Assembly (NCBI GenBank): GCA_946183985.1
Contig: CAMHDT010000001.1
Coordinates: forward strand, 1 to 62,839
Source of the DNA: an uncultured Prevotella sp.
GTDB lineage: Bacteria > Bacteroidota > Bacteroidia > Bacteroidales > Bacteroidaceae
DNA length: 62,839 bases
Direction of reading: 5' to 3'
A program made the translations under genes and the position numbers. Below, in pieces: positions 38,289-47,924 of the stretch. Position 1 is the first letter of the stretch. The number at the start of each line of letters is the position of its first letter. The notes beneath the pieces are model-generated. The model ran no database searches and was not told where the DNA came from. It saw nothing but the letters and a program-made list of their open reading frames with translations.

Positions 38289-40268
38289 ATGGAAGAAGAA
38301 CTGATTCAGAAGGAACAGCAGAACTATTCTGCGAGCAACATTCAGGTGCTCGAAGGACTTGAGGCCGTGCGCAAGCGTCCGGCCATGTACATAGGCGACA
38401 TTAGCGAGAAAGGCCTCCACCATCTGGTAAACGAAACCGTCGACAACTCTATCGACGAGGCCATGGCAGGCTTTTGCACACACATCGAAGTAACCATTAA
38501 CGAAGATAACTCGATTACCGTGCAGGACAACGGCCGCGGCATTCCTGTAGACGAACACGAGAAGATGCACAAGAGCGCCCTGGAAGTGGTGATGACCGTG
38601 CTCCATGCCGGCGGCAAGTTCGACAAAGGCTCCTACAAGGTGTCTGGCGGTTTGCATGGCGTGGGTGTGTCATGCGTCAACGCCCTGTCGAAGCACATGA
38701 TGTCGCAGGTGTTCCGCAACGGACATATCTACCAGCAGGAATATGAGAAGGGCAAGCCCCTGTACGATGTGAAGATTGTAGGCGACACCGACAAGACCGG
38801 CACACGCCAGCAGTTCTGGCCAGACGGCACCATCTTCACCACCACCGAATACAAATATGACATCATTGCACGCCGCATGCGCGAACTGGCATACCTCAAC
38901 GCAGGCATCACTATCACCCTCACCGACCTGCGCCCCGACGAAGAGGGCAACCTGCGCCAGCCAGAGGTGTTCCATGCCAAGGAAGGCCTGAAGGAATTCG
39001 TGCGCTACGTGGACCGCCATCGTACCTCTATCATCGGCGACCCCATCTGCCTGAAGACAGAGAAAGACGGCGTGCCCATCGAGGTGGCACTGCTCTACAA
39101 TAGCGACTACTCGGAGAACATCCACTCCTACGTGAACAATATCAACACCATAGAGGGCGGCACACACCTCACTGGTTTCCGCATCGCCCTGGCCCGCACA
39201 CTGAAGAAGTATGCCGATGAGGACGACCAGTTACGCAAGCAGATTGAGAAAGCCAAGATCGAAGTGGCACAAGACGACTTCCGCGAAGGTCTCACCGCCA
39301 TCATCTCAGTGAAGGTGGCAGAGCCGCAGTTCGAGGGACAGACCAAAACAAAACTGGGCAACTCGGAGGTGAACGGCGCTGTGCAGAAAGCCGTAGGCGA
39401 AGCCATGACCAACTATCTGGAGGAACATCCCAAGGAGGCCCACCAAATCTGCGAGAAGGTCATCCTGGCCGCCACGGCACGCATCGCTGCCCGCAAGGCT
39501 CGCGAGAGCGTTCAGCGCAAGAACCCCATGAGCGGCGGCGGACTGCCCGGCAAACTGGCCGACTGCTCCAACAAAGACCCGAAGACCTGTGAAATATTCC
39601 TCGTCGAGGGTGACTCCGCAGGCGGCAGCGCCAAGCAGGGTCGCGACCGTCACTTCCAGGCCATCCTGCCCTTGCGCGGAAAGATTCTGAACGTGGAGAA
39701 GGTGCAGTGGCACCGCGTGTTTGAGGCTGAGTCGGTCATGAACATCATCCAGTCAATAGGCGTGCGCTTCGGTGTCGACGGCGAAGATTCGAAGGAAGCC
39801 AACATCGACAAACTGCGCTACGACAAGATTATCATCATGACCGATGCCGATGTCGATGGCTCGCACATCGACACACTCATCATGACACTCTTCTACCGGT
39901 TCATGCCACGTATCATACAGGAGGGACACCTCTACATCGCCACGCCGCCACTCTACAAGTGCACCTATAAGAAAGTGTCGGAATACTGCTACACCGAGCA
40001 GCAGCGCCAGATGTTCATTGACAAGTATGTGGCTGGCGACGAGAACTCATCAGCCCTGCACACCCAGCGCTACAAAGGTCTAGGCGAGATGAACCCCGAG
40101 CAGTTGTGGGAAACCACCATGAACCCCGAGAACCGCCTGCTGAAGCAGGTAACCATCGAGAATGCCGCCGAGGCCGACGAGATATTCTCCATGCTCATGG
40201 GCGACGATGTGGAGCCCCGACGGGAATTCATTGAAAAGAACGCCACCTACGCCAACATCGACGCATAG
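38289..40268 (+). CDS. gyrB: DNA gyrase subunit B
   Basis: LEAVRKRPAMYIG, DNGRGIP, LHAGGKF, SGGLHGVGVS, VEGDSAGGSAK, PLRGKILN, MTDADVDG and QRYKGLGEM. -7 box at 38253-38260. Confidence 0.97.
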   Translation: MEEELIQKEQQNYSASNIQVLEGLEAVRKRPAMYIGDISEKGLHHLVNETVDNSIDEAMAGFCTHIEVTINEDNSITVQDNGRGIPVDEHEKMHKSALEVVMTVLHAGGKFDKGSYKVSGGLHGVGVSCVNALSKHMMSQVFRNGHIYQQEYEKGKPLYDVKIVGDTDKTGTRQQFWPDGTIFTTTEYKYDIIARRMRELAYLNAGITITLTDLRPDEEGNLRQPEVFHAKEGLKEFVRYVDRHRTSIIGDPICLKTEKDGVPIEVALLYNSDYSENIHSYVNNINTIEGGTHLTGFRIALARTLKKYADEDDQLRKQIEKAKIEVAQDDFREGLTAIISVKVAEPQFEGQTKTKLGNSEVNGAVQKAVGEAMTNYLEEHPKEAHQICEKVILAATARIAARKARESVQRKNPMSGGGLPGKLADCSNKDPKTCEIFLVEGDSAGGSAKQGRDRHFQAILPLRGKILNVEKVQWHRVFEAESVMNIIQSIGVRFGVDGEDSKEANIDKLRYDKIIIMTDADVDGSHIDTLIMTLFYRFMPRIIQEGHLYIATPPLYKCTYKKVSEYCYTEQQRQMFIDKYVAGDENSSALHTQRYKGLGEMNPEQLWETTMNPENRLLKQVTIENAAEADEIFSMLMGDDVEPRREFIEKNATYANIDA

Positions 40269-40276
40269 GCCGGCAC

Positions 40277-41956
40277 ATGGACAGACCATTCCATATTACC
40301 ACAACAACAATGCTGCCAGCCGTGTGTTTGCGGATGGCAGCATTTGCTGTGATAACTCTTCTCGTGTTTTGCCTACTGACATCATGTAATAATAAGGAGA
40401 ATCGTGCAATATTGCAACAACTTAGCGAACAGAACACTATAGGTACATCTCCATTATGCATTGATTCGGTAAAAAAAGTGGCAGACTATTTCAACCGGTG
40501 GGGTACCTCCAATGAGCGAATGCAAGCCAATTATCTTTTAGGATGTGCATATAAAGACTGCAATGAAGCACCGATGGCCATTCACTTCTTCAAAGAAGCC
40601 ATTAGCAAGGCAGACACAACAGACAATGACTGCAATTATGCTCTTCTCAGCCGTGCATATGGTCAAATGGCACAAGAATTCTATAACCAATTCTTTGTCC
40701 AAGAACAATTAGAGGCTCTGGAAAAATCCTGCTACTATGCGTGGAAGGGAGGCGATACACTTGTGGCACTAATATGCAATGAATACAAGATATATGCATT
40801 CACACGCCTCAACATGCCAGACTCTGTTATTTATTATGCTGAACTATCGGCTAATGAATATCGAGAACATGGATACAACAACAATGCGGCTATAGCACAA
40901 ATGCAATGTGTAGACGAGTTGCTTGACAGGAACGAAACCGACAAGGCAAAGCAATATATAAACCAATATGAACAGGAATCGGGCTATTTCGACTCTTTAG
41001 GCAACATTACTAAAGGGCGCGAAATTTTCTATCACAAAAAGGGCAGATATTATCTAGGCATCAATCATCTGGACTCTGCAGAGTATTGCTTCCGAAAGGA
41101 ATTGAAAGAAGGAAAAGACTTCAACAACCAAAACGCTGGAGCCATTGGATTAGCCGAACTGTTTACAAAGAAGCACCTGCCTGATTCTGCAGCAAAGTAT
41201 GCGTTGTATGGGTATGCAATGAATGACTCACTTATAAAAACACGTGTAACGGCAGAAACAGCCAAAGCCCAAAGCCTTTACGACTACACACGCTTCCAAA
41301 AGAAAGCGTATGAAGAGGAGCAACGCGCAAACCAAACAACTCATTTGTTGTTCTTGACAGGACTTATGATGATGATAGGTATTGTCATTACATACAAGAA
41401 ACTGTCGGATATACGCCGAAAAGAGAGGGAACAACAAGAAAGATTCCTCCAGAATCTACGCGACCTTGATAAAGCGCAAACCGAGGTGATGAATTTGAAA
41501 ACAAATGCGAACTCCCTGAAAGAAATCATATCAGAAAAAGAGCACAACATCCGTCTTCTTTCTGAAAAAATTCGCGAATATCAAGCACAGAAGACAAAAA
41601 ACAAGAAAGACGCAGAGATTGAACTTCAGGAAAATACAGACTTTAAACATCTTCAGAATCTTGCAGCAATAGGTGCACTCTTGTCGGACAAAGAGTTGTC
41701 AACAGCAAGAATGCTGGTAATGCAATACTTTCCAGAATTATATGTTTTCCTTTCCAAGCACCTTTATCAATTAAATCCTACGATGTATCATACATGCATC
41801 CTACTACGCTTGCATTTCCCTGCAAGTGTCATTAGCAACTTTCTCGGGGTTTCACCTGGTTATATTTCTCAAATACGGGCAGAAATGCTCTCTACGTTAT
41901 TCAATATAGAAGGAAACCAAAAGGTTTTTGATGCAATGATTCGCGATTTCAAGTAG
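40277..41956 (+). CDS. Putative one-component membrane regulator: periplasmic TPR region, TM helix, C-terminal LuxR-like HTH
   Basis: N-terminal hydrophobic/lipobox-like LLTSC, TPR-like helices (ANYLLGCAY, DSAEYCFRKEL), TM HLLFLTGLMMMIGIVITY and C-terminal CILLRLHF...ISNFLGVS..YISQIR. AT-rich. Start codon uncertain. Confidence 0.65.
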   Translation: MDRPFHITTTTMLPAVCLRMAAFAVITLLVFCLLTSCNNKENRAILQQLSEQNTIGTSPLCIDSVKKVADYFNRWGTSNERMQANYLLGCAYKDCNEAPMAIHFFKEAISKADTTDNDCNYALLSRAYGQMAQEFYNQFFVQEQLEALEKSCYYAWKGGDTLVALICNEYKIYAFTRLNMPDSVIYYAELSANEYREHGYNNNAAIAQMQCVDELLDRNETDKAKQYINQYEQESGYFDSLGNITKGREIFYHKKGRYYLGINHLDSAEYCFRKELKEGKDFNNQNAGAIGLAELFTKKHLPDSAAKYALYGYAMNDSLIKTRVTAETAKAQSLYDYTRFQKKAYEEEQRANQTTHLLFLTGLMMMIGIVITYKKLSDIRRKEREQQERFLQNLRDLDKAQTEVMNLKTNANSLKEIISEKEHNIRLLSEKIREYQAQKTKNKKDAEIELQENTDFKHLQNLAAIGALLSDKELSTARMLVMQYFPELYVFLSKHLYQLNPTMYHTCILLRLHFPASVISNFLGVSPGYISQIRAEMLSTLFNIEGNQKVFDAMIRDFK

Positions 41957-42098
41957 GTCATTCCTATAATAATTTCCCATTTCATCGAAAAAAAATCAAC
42001 TAAAATTTTACTAAAATCTTAACGGGAGAATCAAGTATTCTATGTGATTCCTTTATTGTAATTTTGCACCCGTTTTTCAAATAAAAAGGTTTTAGTAT

Positions 42099-42461
42099 AT
42101 GATTAAAAAGTATTTATTGTTAGTAATGTTTGGATTATTAAATCTAAACGGTTATGCTGGTGATGAGCCACGCGAAGTGATTCAACTGAATCTCATGGAT
42201 GTAGACAAGACTCCTATTGGCACGCCATTTCCAAAATCGCCAATGCAAACTCCTTTAATCTATAAAGTTAACAAAACGTTATATTTTAAAGAATATCATG
42301 CAGACTGGACATTATTCTTATATGACGAGGATGGCAACCTTGTTTATTCTACATTTATTCCTTCTGAAACGACCCAATTAATTCTTTCTGAAAATCCTGG
42401 AGATTATGAAATCATTCTAACTCAAGGAAACTATGCCTTCTATGGTATCATAAACATATAA
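42099..42461 (+). CDS. DUF3244-like small secreted Ig-fold protein
   Basis: Signal peptide, PFPKSP, LYDEDGNLVYST, GDYEIILT and FYGIINI. -7 box at 42059-42066. Confidence 0.65.
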   Translation: MIKKYLLLVMFGLLNLNGYAGDEPREVIQLNLMDVDKTPIGTPFPKSPMQTPLIYKVNKTLYFKEYHADWTLFLYDEDGNLVYSTFIPSETTQLILSENPGDYEIILTQGNYAFYGIINI

Positions 42462-42486
42462 TCACCGTTTAATTATTATAATCATC

Positions 42487-42858
42487 ATGAAACAATTATT
42501 TTTTTTGTTTATTACTGTTTTTATTTTATCAGCATGTTCAAATAATGACGAAGACTTTTCTATTCAAAATGAAAATCAGGTAATTTGTAATTACGACTTA
42601 CTTGACGAGTCGGAGGCACAAAAAGAATTTGCAATAATTCTCTCACAGGCCGTTTACCACAATGAACCTCTCCGAAAGTTCATAAAGACAGAAGCCATAC
42701 GCCAATTTGATAACGACCACGATGTTTTCTATCCTTATGTAAAGAATAAAAAGGTTGACCATGATCTGACATTCCGCGATTTGCTGCTTTCCTATACAAA
42801 TGAACAGAAACTGCGCCAGATAGAGGAATCTCTTCCTTTGCTCACCATTCTTGTATGA
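42487..42858 (+). pseudogene. Lipoprotein, apparently C-terminally truncated
   Basis: Lipobox LSAC. The ORF ends abruptly at LPLLTILV* with no clear continuation, where base composition shifts. Truncation is inferred. Confidence 0.45.
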
Positions 42859-43023
42859 GGTGAAAATGTATAACACAGGACAAGTGCAGATGATCATTCT
42901 GCCTGCCAAGAGATAATTTTGGTTAAATAAGAGACAATTAGGGTTAAAATCGTGATGAAAAAGATGACATCATCCGGCTTTTTCTTACTTTTGCACGCTC
43001 TAAAGAAAAGACACTATGTAGAT

Positions 43024-43653
43024 ATGAAAAAGATTGTATTATTAATGGCCACAATGCTGGGAGCACTGGGCATCATGACAAGTTGCGAGGATAACAATGA
43101 GGAGGAGCAGGGACCGGAAAAGCCTTTGATAGAGGAAGGATACAAAGTAAAAGGCGTGATAGGTAGCGACTCGGTCGATGCAGAGCAATGGGGAACGGTG
43201 TCTCATGCCATCTCCAACGCTACGGTGGTGGTGAAGGATGGCAGTCTGCCCCTTGCCTACAGGGAGAAGACCGTGGAGTGGAACCTCCAGGTAAGCCAGT
43301 CGGACAACAAGCAGAGCACCATGCACCTGCATCTGACCAACCCGCGGACGGGCATCACCTATATCAAGGGCGGTCAGACTGGTACTGACGAGCCGAATGG
43401 CTTTAACATGGAGGTGGAGCAGCCTGGTCATTATGCCAACTATGCTCCCACTGCCGACAGCCCGCTGCGCATGGAGATTGACAAGGTGCGCCTTCTGGAA
43501 TACTCCAACACGGTGAAGCGCGGCAAGGAGACAGTCACCGCCCTGAGCACGGGATACATCATAGACGGTGCCTTCAAGGGCACGCTGGTCAATAAATATG
43601 ATACGAGCGACTCGCTGGCCGTTGACTTCAGTTTCTCGCTGGTTTCATTTTAA
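43024..43653 (+). CDS. Hypothetical lipoprotein (paralog 1)
   Basis: Lipobox MTSC followed by an acidic stretch. Shares GY.VKGVIG.DSVD.E.WG and DSLAVD..FSL with the next gene. Confidence 0.75.
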   Translation: MKKIVLLMATMLGALGIMTSCEDNNEEEQGPEKPLIEEGYKVKGVIGSDSVDAEQWGTVSHAISNATVVVKDGSLPLAYREKTVEWNLQVSQSDNKQSTMHLHLTNPRTGITYIKGGQTGTDEPNGFNMEVEQPGHYANYAPTADSPLRMEIDKVRLLEYSNTVKRGKETVTALSTGYIIDGAFKGTLVNKYDTSDSLAVDFSFSLVSF

Positions 43654-43665
43654 CAAGAAGGAGAC

Positions 43666-44316
43666 ATGACACGGAAATTTGTTTTAGCAGCCACCGTTTT
43701 TCTGGGAACAATGGCCTTCGTGGCAGGCTGTGACAATGAAGAAACAGAAGAGCCACAGCCGGAAAATCCTGTGGCGCAGCAGGGATACCGGCTGAAGGGC
43801 GTGATAGGAGGCGACTCGGTTGATGTAGAGGAATGGGGGGCAGCATCATACGGCAAGTCGCATGTCGTGGTGACGGTGAAGGAAAGCAGCATCCCCGGCA
43901 TTGAACGGGAGAGGACGCTGCAATGGGACCTTACGGTGAACCATGGCGACAACAGGCAGACCACCCTGCGCCTCTTCATGACGGAACCCCGGAAGGGTCT
44001 TACCAGCATCTGGGATACACCTGCGCGTATTGGCGAGCCAGCCTATGGCTTCAATGTCTTCAGCATGGTGGAAGAGGAACCAAGCCGCAGCGTGGTCTTC
44101 GTCCCCACGCTTCAGAGCCCTCTGCGCATAGATAAAGACAGGGCCGAGTTTGTGGAAAATGCAGACAAGGTGGAGCGCGGCGGCGAGACGGTGACCCTTT
44201 ACACCAACGCTTATGTGATGGACGGTACCCTCTATGGCACCATGGTCAATCAGGACGACACGACCGACTCACTGGCCGTTGATCTCCATTTCTCTCTGAT
44301 GTCGTTATATCTATAA
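43666..44316 (+). CDS. Hypothetical lipoprotein (paralog 2)
   Basis: Lipobox VAGC followed by an acidic stretch. Aligns along its length with 43024-43653. Confidence 0.75.
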   Translation: MTRKFVLAATVFLGTMAFVAGCDNEETEEPQPENPVAQQGYRLKGVIGGDSVDVEEWGAASYGKSHVVVTVKESSIPGIERERTLQWDLTVNHGDNRQTTLRLFMTEPRKGLTSIWDTPARIGEPAYGFNVFSMVEEEPSRSVVFVPTLQSPLRIDKDRAEFVENADKVERGGETVTLYTNAYVMDGTLYGTMVNQDDTTDSLAVDLHFSLMSLYL

Positions 44317-44350
44317 GGTGTGCGCACCTGCGTCTTGCGCTCATATCGCC

Positions 44351-44395
44351 ATTCGGGCGGAACCTGCCAGTCAACAAGGCAGATTCCGCCCGAAT
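44351..44395. terminator. Long hairpin between convergent genes (bidirectional terminator or REP-like)
   Basis: ATTCGGGCGGAA-C-CTGCC ... GGCAG-A-TTCCGCCCGAAT. Confidence 0.65.
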
Positions 44396-44423
44396 TGTTA
44401 GATCCAAGTTATTGTTATGACAA

Positions 44424-45773
44424 CTAATATCTCTCTATCATGAACCACTGGTCGCCGGCAGTCTTGCTTGGAAGTTTGCCCTGCATATAGTCCGACTGCT
44501 TGCCTCTGCAGTCGATGGTATAGGTGTTGAGGATGGTTCCTCCGGGGCTCACCCACAGTTGTACCTGCACGGCTCCCCACACATTGGGATTCACATCGTT
44601 GGAGTAGTCGAGCCATATCCTGTAGAAAGGATAGTCGCGTTTGCCTTCCCCAGATGAACCATGATGGCTCTTGAGCACCAGTTTGCCGTTCTCAAGGGAA
44701 TATGTCCATTCCTCCTGACCGCAGGAGGGGGTATAATAGATGATGGTCACATAGTCCAGCCTGCCATACTTTGTTCGCTCTGTGAACTGCTTCACCACAT
44801 CTGTCATCTTGTTTATCTCGCCGTTGGAAGGTGCGTTTCTGGCCTCAGCCGAACGGTCATCCTTTTCTACCACCTTATAGGTAATCTCCTCCTCGCCGTT
44901 TTCATTCTCCTTTATCTCTACGGCCACATCCTGTCCGAAGCCGGCATACAGTTTCTTGTACGACTGCCTGTTCTTCTCTATCTCAGCAATTTTTTTTGTT
45001 GCCTCCTCAATGGTTGTCTCGTTGCGCAACACTTTCTCCTTGATGCCTTCACGCCAGCCCTGCACCTGCTCGTTCAGGTTTTTCTGCCGCTCGCGGTGCT
45101 GCATCTGCCACTTGTAGACCGTCGAGGCCCAGTCGGCCGTCCAGTCGTTGTAGTGCTCAAAGATATAGCCTATGGTGAACTCTTTCACGACATCTTCCAC
45201 CGAGGAGCCATCAGTAATGATTTCTTTCAGGTTCTCAGCCGAGACAATCTCCGTCTTTCCGTCTTCATAAGGATTCTGCGTCAGCACCTCATAGCAAGTC
45301 TTAATGGGGTTCTGCATCATGTTGAGCGTGTGGTTTGTTATGTCGTAGATGAGTTTTGCCCCGCCCTGCGACAGGAATTTATCCATCTCCTCCAAGGTGT
45401 TCAACTGGCCTTTGTACATCAGGTATTCCTGCTTGAACTTCTTGAAGTCTACATCCTGGTCCAAGTGGTAGACATGCCGTGAGAGGAGTTGTCCGTCGAC
45501 GGTATACTTAGCCCCGAGTTCGTTGTCGTCGTATTCAAACTCCATGGTGGCCAGACTGTTGACAACAGACTGTGCGGTGCCGTCGACATTGAGCATGATG
45601 GTGGTCATGTCGTTGTCGACGATGGAGATACTCTCCAGGTTGCCATTGCAGTCAGCATGGTAGTTCACCAACTGGTGTCTGTCTTTGTTATAGGTGGCCA
45701 CATCCATCTGTGCATGGGCTGACATAGACGACAGTAGTGCTATCAGTGCAAAAAAACATTTTCCTTTCATCAT
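44424..45773 (-). CDS. Hypothetical secreted protein (449 aa)
   Basis: Signal peptide ending AHA-Q and a long ORF. No family recognised. Confidence 0.7.
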   Translation of the reverse strand: MMKGKCFFALIALLSSMSAHAQMDVATYNKDRHQLVNYHADCNGNLESISIVDNDMTTIMLNVDGTAQSVVNSLATMEFEYDDNELGAKYTVDGQLLSRHVYHLDQDVDFKKFKQEYLMYKGQLNTLEEMDKFLSQGGAKLIYDITNHTLNMMQNPIKTCYEVLTQNPYEDGKTEIVSAENLKEIITDGSSVEDVVKEFTIGYIFEHYNDWTADWASTVYKWQMQHRERQKNLNEQVQGWREGIKEKVLRNETTIEEATKKIAEIEKNRQSYKKLYAGFGQDVAVEIKENENGEEEITYKVVEKDDRSAEARNAPSNGEINKMTDVVKQFTERTKYGRLDYVTIIYYTPSCGQEEWTYSLENGKLVLKSHHGSSGEGKRDYPFYRIWLDYSNDVNPNVWGAVQVQLWVSPGGTILNTYTIDCRGKQSDYMQGKLPSKTAGDQWFMIERY

Positions 45774-45803
45774 ATTCAGTTGATTAGTTTAGTCTTCAAT
45801 ATG

Positions 45804-46874
45804 TTATTCGTATTCCTTCACCTCGCGCTTGCCGCGGAGCACGGCCAGGGCGTTAAGTGCCAGTGCCTCCATCTCGTCTTCGCCGGGGAAGCAGTAGGTG
45901 GGTGCGAGGAACTCGATGCGCTGTCGCAGGCGGCTGATGACATATTCCGAGCGGGCCAGTCCGCCGGTGAGCAGTATGGCGTCGACCTTTCCGCAGAACA
46001 CAGCTCCGAGGCCCACGATGTTCTTCGCCACGTGATAGATCATGGCGTTGAGCACCGTCTCGGCATGTTTGTCGCCGTCGGCAATGCGCTGTTCTATCTC
46101 CTTCACGTTGCTGGTGCCCAGATGTGCGTTGAGGCCGGCCTTGCCAGCCAGTCGCTTCAGCAGTTGCTTCTCGTTGTACTTGCCGCTGAAACTAAGTCGG
46201 ATGAGGTCGGCGGCGGGCAGCGAGCCGGCGCGTTCGGGCGAGAAGGGACCTTCACCGTCAAGAGCGTTGTTGGCGTCGACGGCACGGCCGTGCTGGTGTG
46301 CGGCCACGGAGATGCCTCCGCCCAGATGGCAGATGATGAGGTCGAGGTCTTCATAGCGCCGTCCCACCTCGTTGGCAAAGCGTCGTGCTATGGCCCTCTG
46401 ATTCAGTGCGTGCCAGATGCAGATGCGGTTCATGAGAGGTGAGCCACTGATGCGTGCGTAGTCATTAAGTTCGTCTACGACACCAGGGTCGGCAATAAAT
46501 GAGCGGCATCCGGGAATACTCTGTGCTATCTCGTGAGCGATGAGGCATCCCAAATTGCAGGCATGGTTGTGCATGGCAATGCCATTGAGGGTATCGTCGA
46601 GCATCTGCTTGTTGATTTCATACACGCCGCCGGCAATAGGCTTCACCAGTCCACCACGTCCTATGACGGCTTCAAACTGCAGTGGCACGTTCATGCGTGC
46701 CAGTTCGTTGAGCACCAGTTGCTTGCGGTAGTCCATCTGGTTGAGCACATCGTCGCCAAACTGTGCCAGTTCCTCGTTGGTGTGGCTGATGCTACGCAGC
46801 ACCATGGGTTTCTCGTCTTCGAAGACGGCCATCTTCGTGCTGGTTGATCCAGGGTTAATGACTAATATAAACAT
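45804..46874 (-). CDS. buk: Butyrate kinase
   Basis: INPGSTSTK, GRGGL, HACNLG, DPGVVDE, HALNQ, HLGGGIS, GPFSPERAG and PGEDEMEAL. Confidence 0.95.
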   Translation of the reverse strand: MFILVINPGSTSTKMAVFEDEKPMVLRSISHTNEELAQFGDDVLNQMDYRKQLVLNELARMNVPLQFEAVIGRGGLVKPIAGGVYEINKQMLDDTLNGIAMHNHACNLGCLIAHEIAQSIPGCRSFIADPGVVDELNDYARISGSPLMNRICIWHALNQRAIARRFANEVGRRYEDLDLIICHLGGGISVAAHQHGRAVDANNALDGEGPFSPERAGSLPAADLIRLSFSGKYNEKQLLKRLAGKAGLNAHLGTSNVKEIEQRIADGDKHAETVLNAMIYHVAKNIVGLGAVFCGKVDAILLTGGLARSEYVISRLRQRIEFLAPTYCFPGEDEMEALALNALAVLRGKREVKEYE

Positions 46875-46957
46875 TCTCTTCTGTAGTGTTTTCGTCCTTC
46901 ATTATTATGATGCACTATACAATATTTATGATGCACTATACATTATTAATGTATGCA

Positions 46958-47794
46958 TTACAAACATGCCAGTGCGAGTGAATAGAACTTGTTGTCAGGC
47001 GAGTCGGCACGCGAGGTGAGCACCACCGGCACCTCTGGACCCTGCAGGATGGCAGCCGTCTGTGCCTGGCAGAACAGTGTGATGGTCTTGTAGAACACAT
47101 TGCCGGCCTGGATGTCAGAGAAGATCAGACCGTCGGACTGTCCTTCGAGGGGCGACTGCAGCCCTTTTTTGTGCAGTGCCTGTGGCGACAGGGAGGTCTT
47201 TAGGTCAAGCGGTCCGTCGACGATGCAAGGTCCAAAGATGCCTGTCTGTGCTTTCTCCACCAGACTGCGATATTCCACGGTACAGGGAAAGTGCTTGGCG
47301 TTAACCTTCTCCGAGCAGTTGATGAGGGCCACACGCGGCACCTCAACGCCCATCTTGCGGCAGAGCGTAAGCAGGTATTGCAGTTGCTGCTCGCGCTGTT
47401 CGGCTGTGGGATAGGGAATGACGGCCACATCGGTCATAAACAGCAGTTTGTCGTACATGGGCAGGTTGGCGCAGGTCAGATGCGTCAGCACACGGCCCTT
47501 GGGCAGGATGCTCTGCTCCTTGTTCAAGATGGCCTTCAGCAGGTTGTCGGTGTTGAGCAGCCCCTTCATCAGCACATCGGCCTTGCCCTCGCGCACCAGC
47601 GCTACGGCTTGTGCGGCAGCCACATCCACATCGTCGTTGTCCACGAATATGGGGTCGGCAAAACCGGCATCACGTGCCCTCAAAACAGCCCCCTTCGTAC
47701 TCTCGTCCTGTCCGCAGACCACGGCCACTCGGCGGCATACACCACTTGCTTTCAGGTGCTCCACCATTTCATCAAAACACTGTATTGCTTTCAT
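46958..47794 (-). CDS. ptb: Phosphate butyryltransferase / phosphate acyltransferase
   Basis: ADVLMKGL, TDVAVIPYP, VDGPLDL, AGNVFYK and PVVLTSRAD. Lies upstream of buk. Confidence 0.9.
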   Translation of the reverse strand: MKAIQCFDEMVEHLKASGVCRRVAVVCGQDESTKGAVLRARDAGFADPIFVDNDDVDVAAAQAVALVREGKADVLMKGLLNTDNLLKAILNKEQSILPKGRVLTHLTCANLPMYDKLLFMTDVAVIPYPTAEQREQQLQYLLTLCRKMGVEVPRVALINCSEKVNAKHFPCTVEYRSLVEKAQTGIFGPCIVDGPLDLKTSLSPQALHKKGLQSPLEGQSDGLIFSDIQAGNVFYKTITLFCQAQTAAILQGPEVPVVLTSRADSPDNKFYSLALACL

Positions 47795-47924
47795 AGTTGC
47801 GATTGTTTGGTGGCAAAGTTACGAAAAAACGAGAGCAGAACAAAATAAATTTATTTATTTTTTATGCCGAGTGTCAGTAATTTCGTAACTTTGCCATCAA
47901 AACTTAAAACCATACATATTTCTT

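Noticed and set aside
45804..47794. buk/ptb as evidence of butyrate production
   Set aside because: The pair is widespread in Bacteroidales and may act on branched-chain acyl-CoAs; no upstream butyryl-CoA pathway is present in the window.
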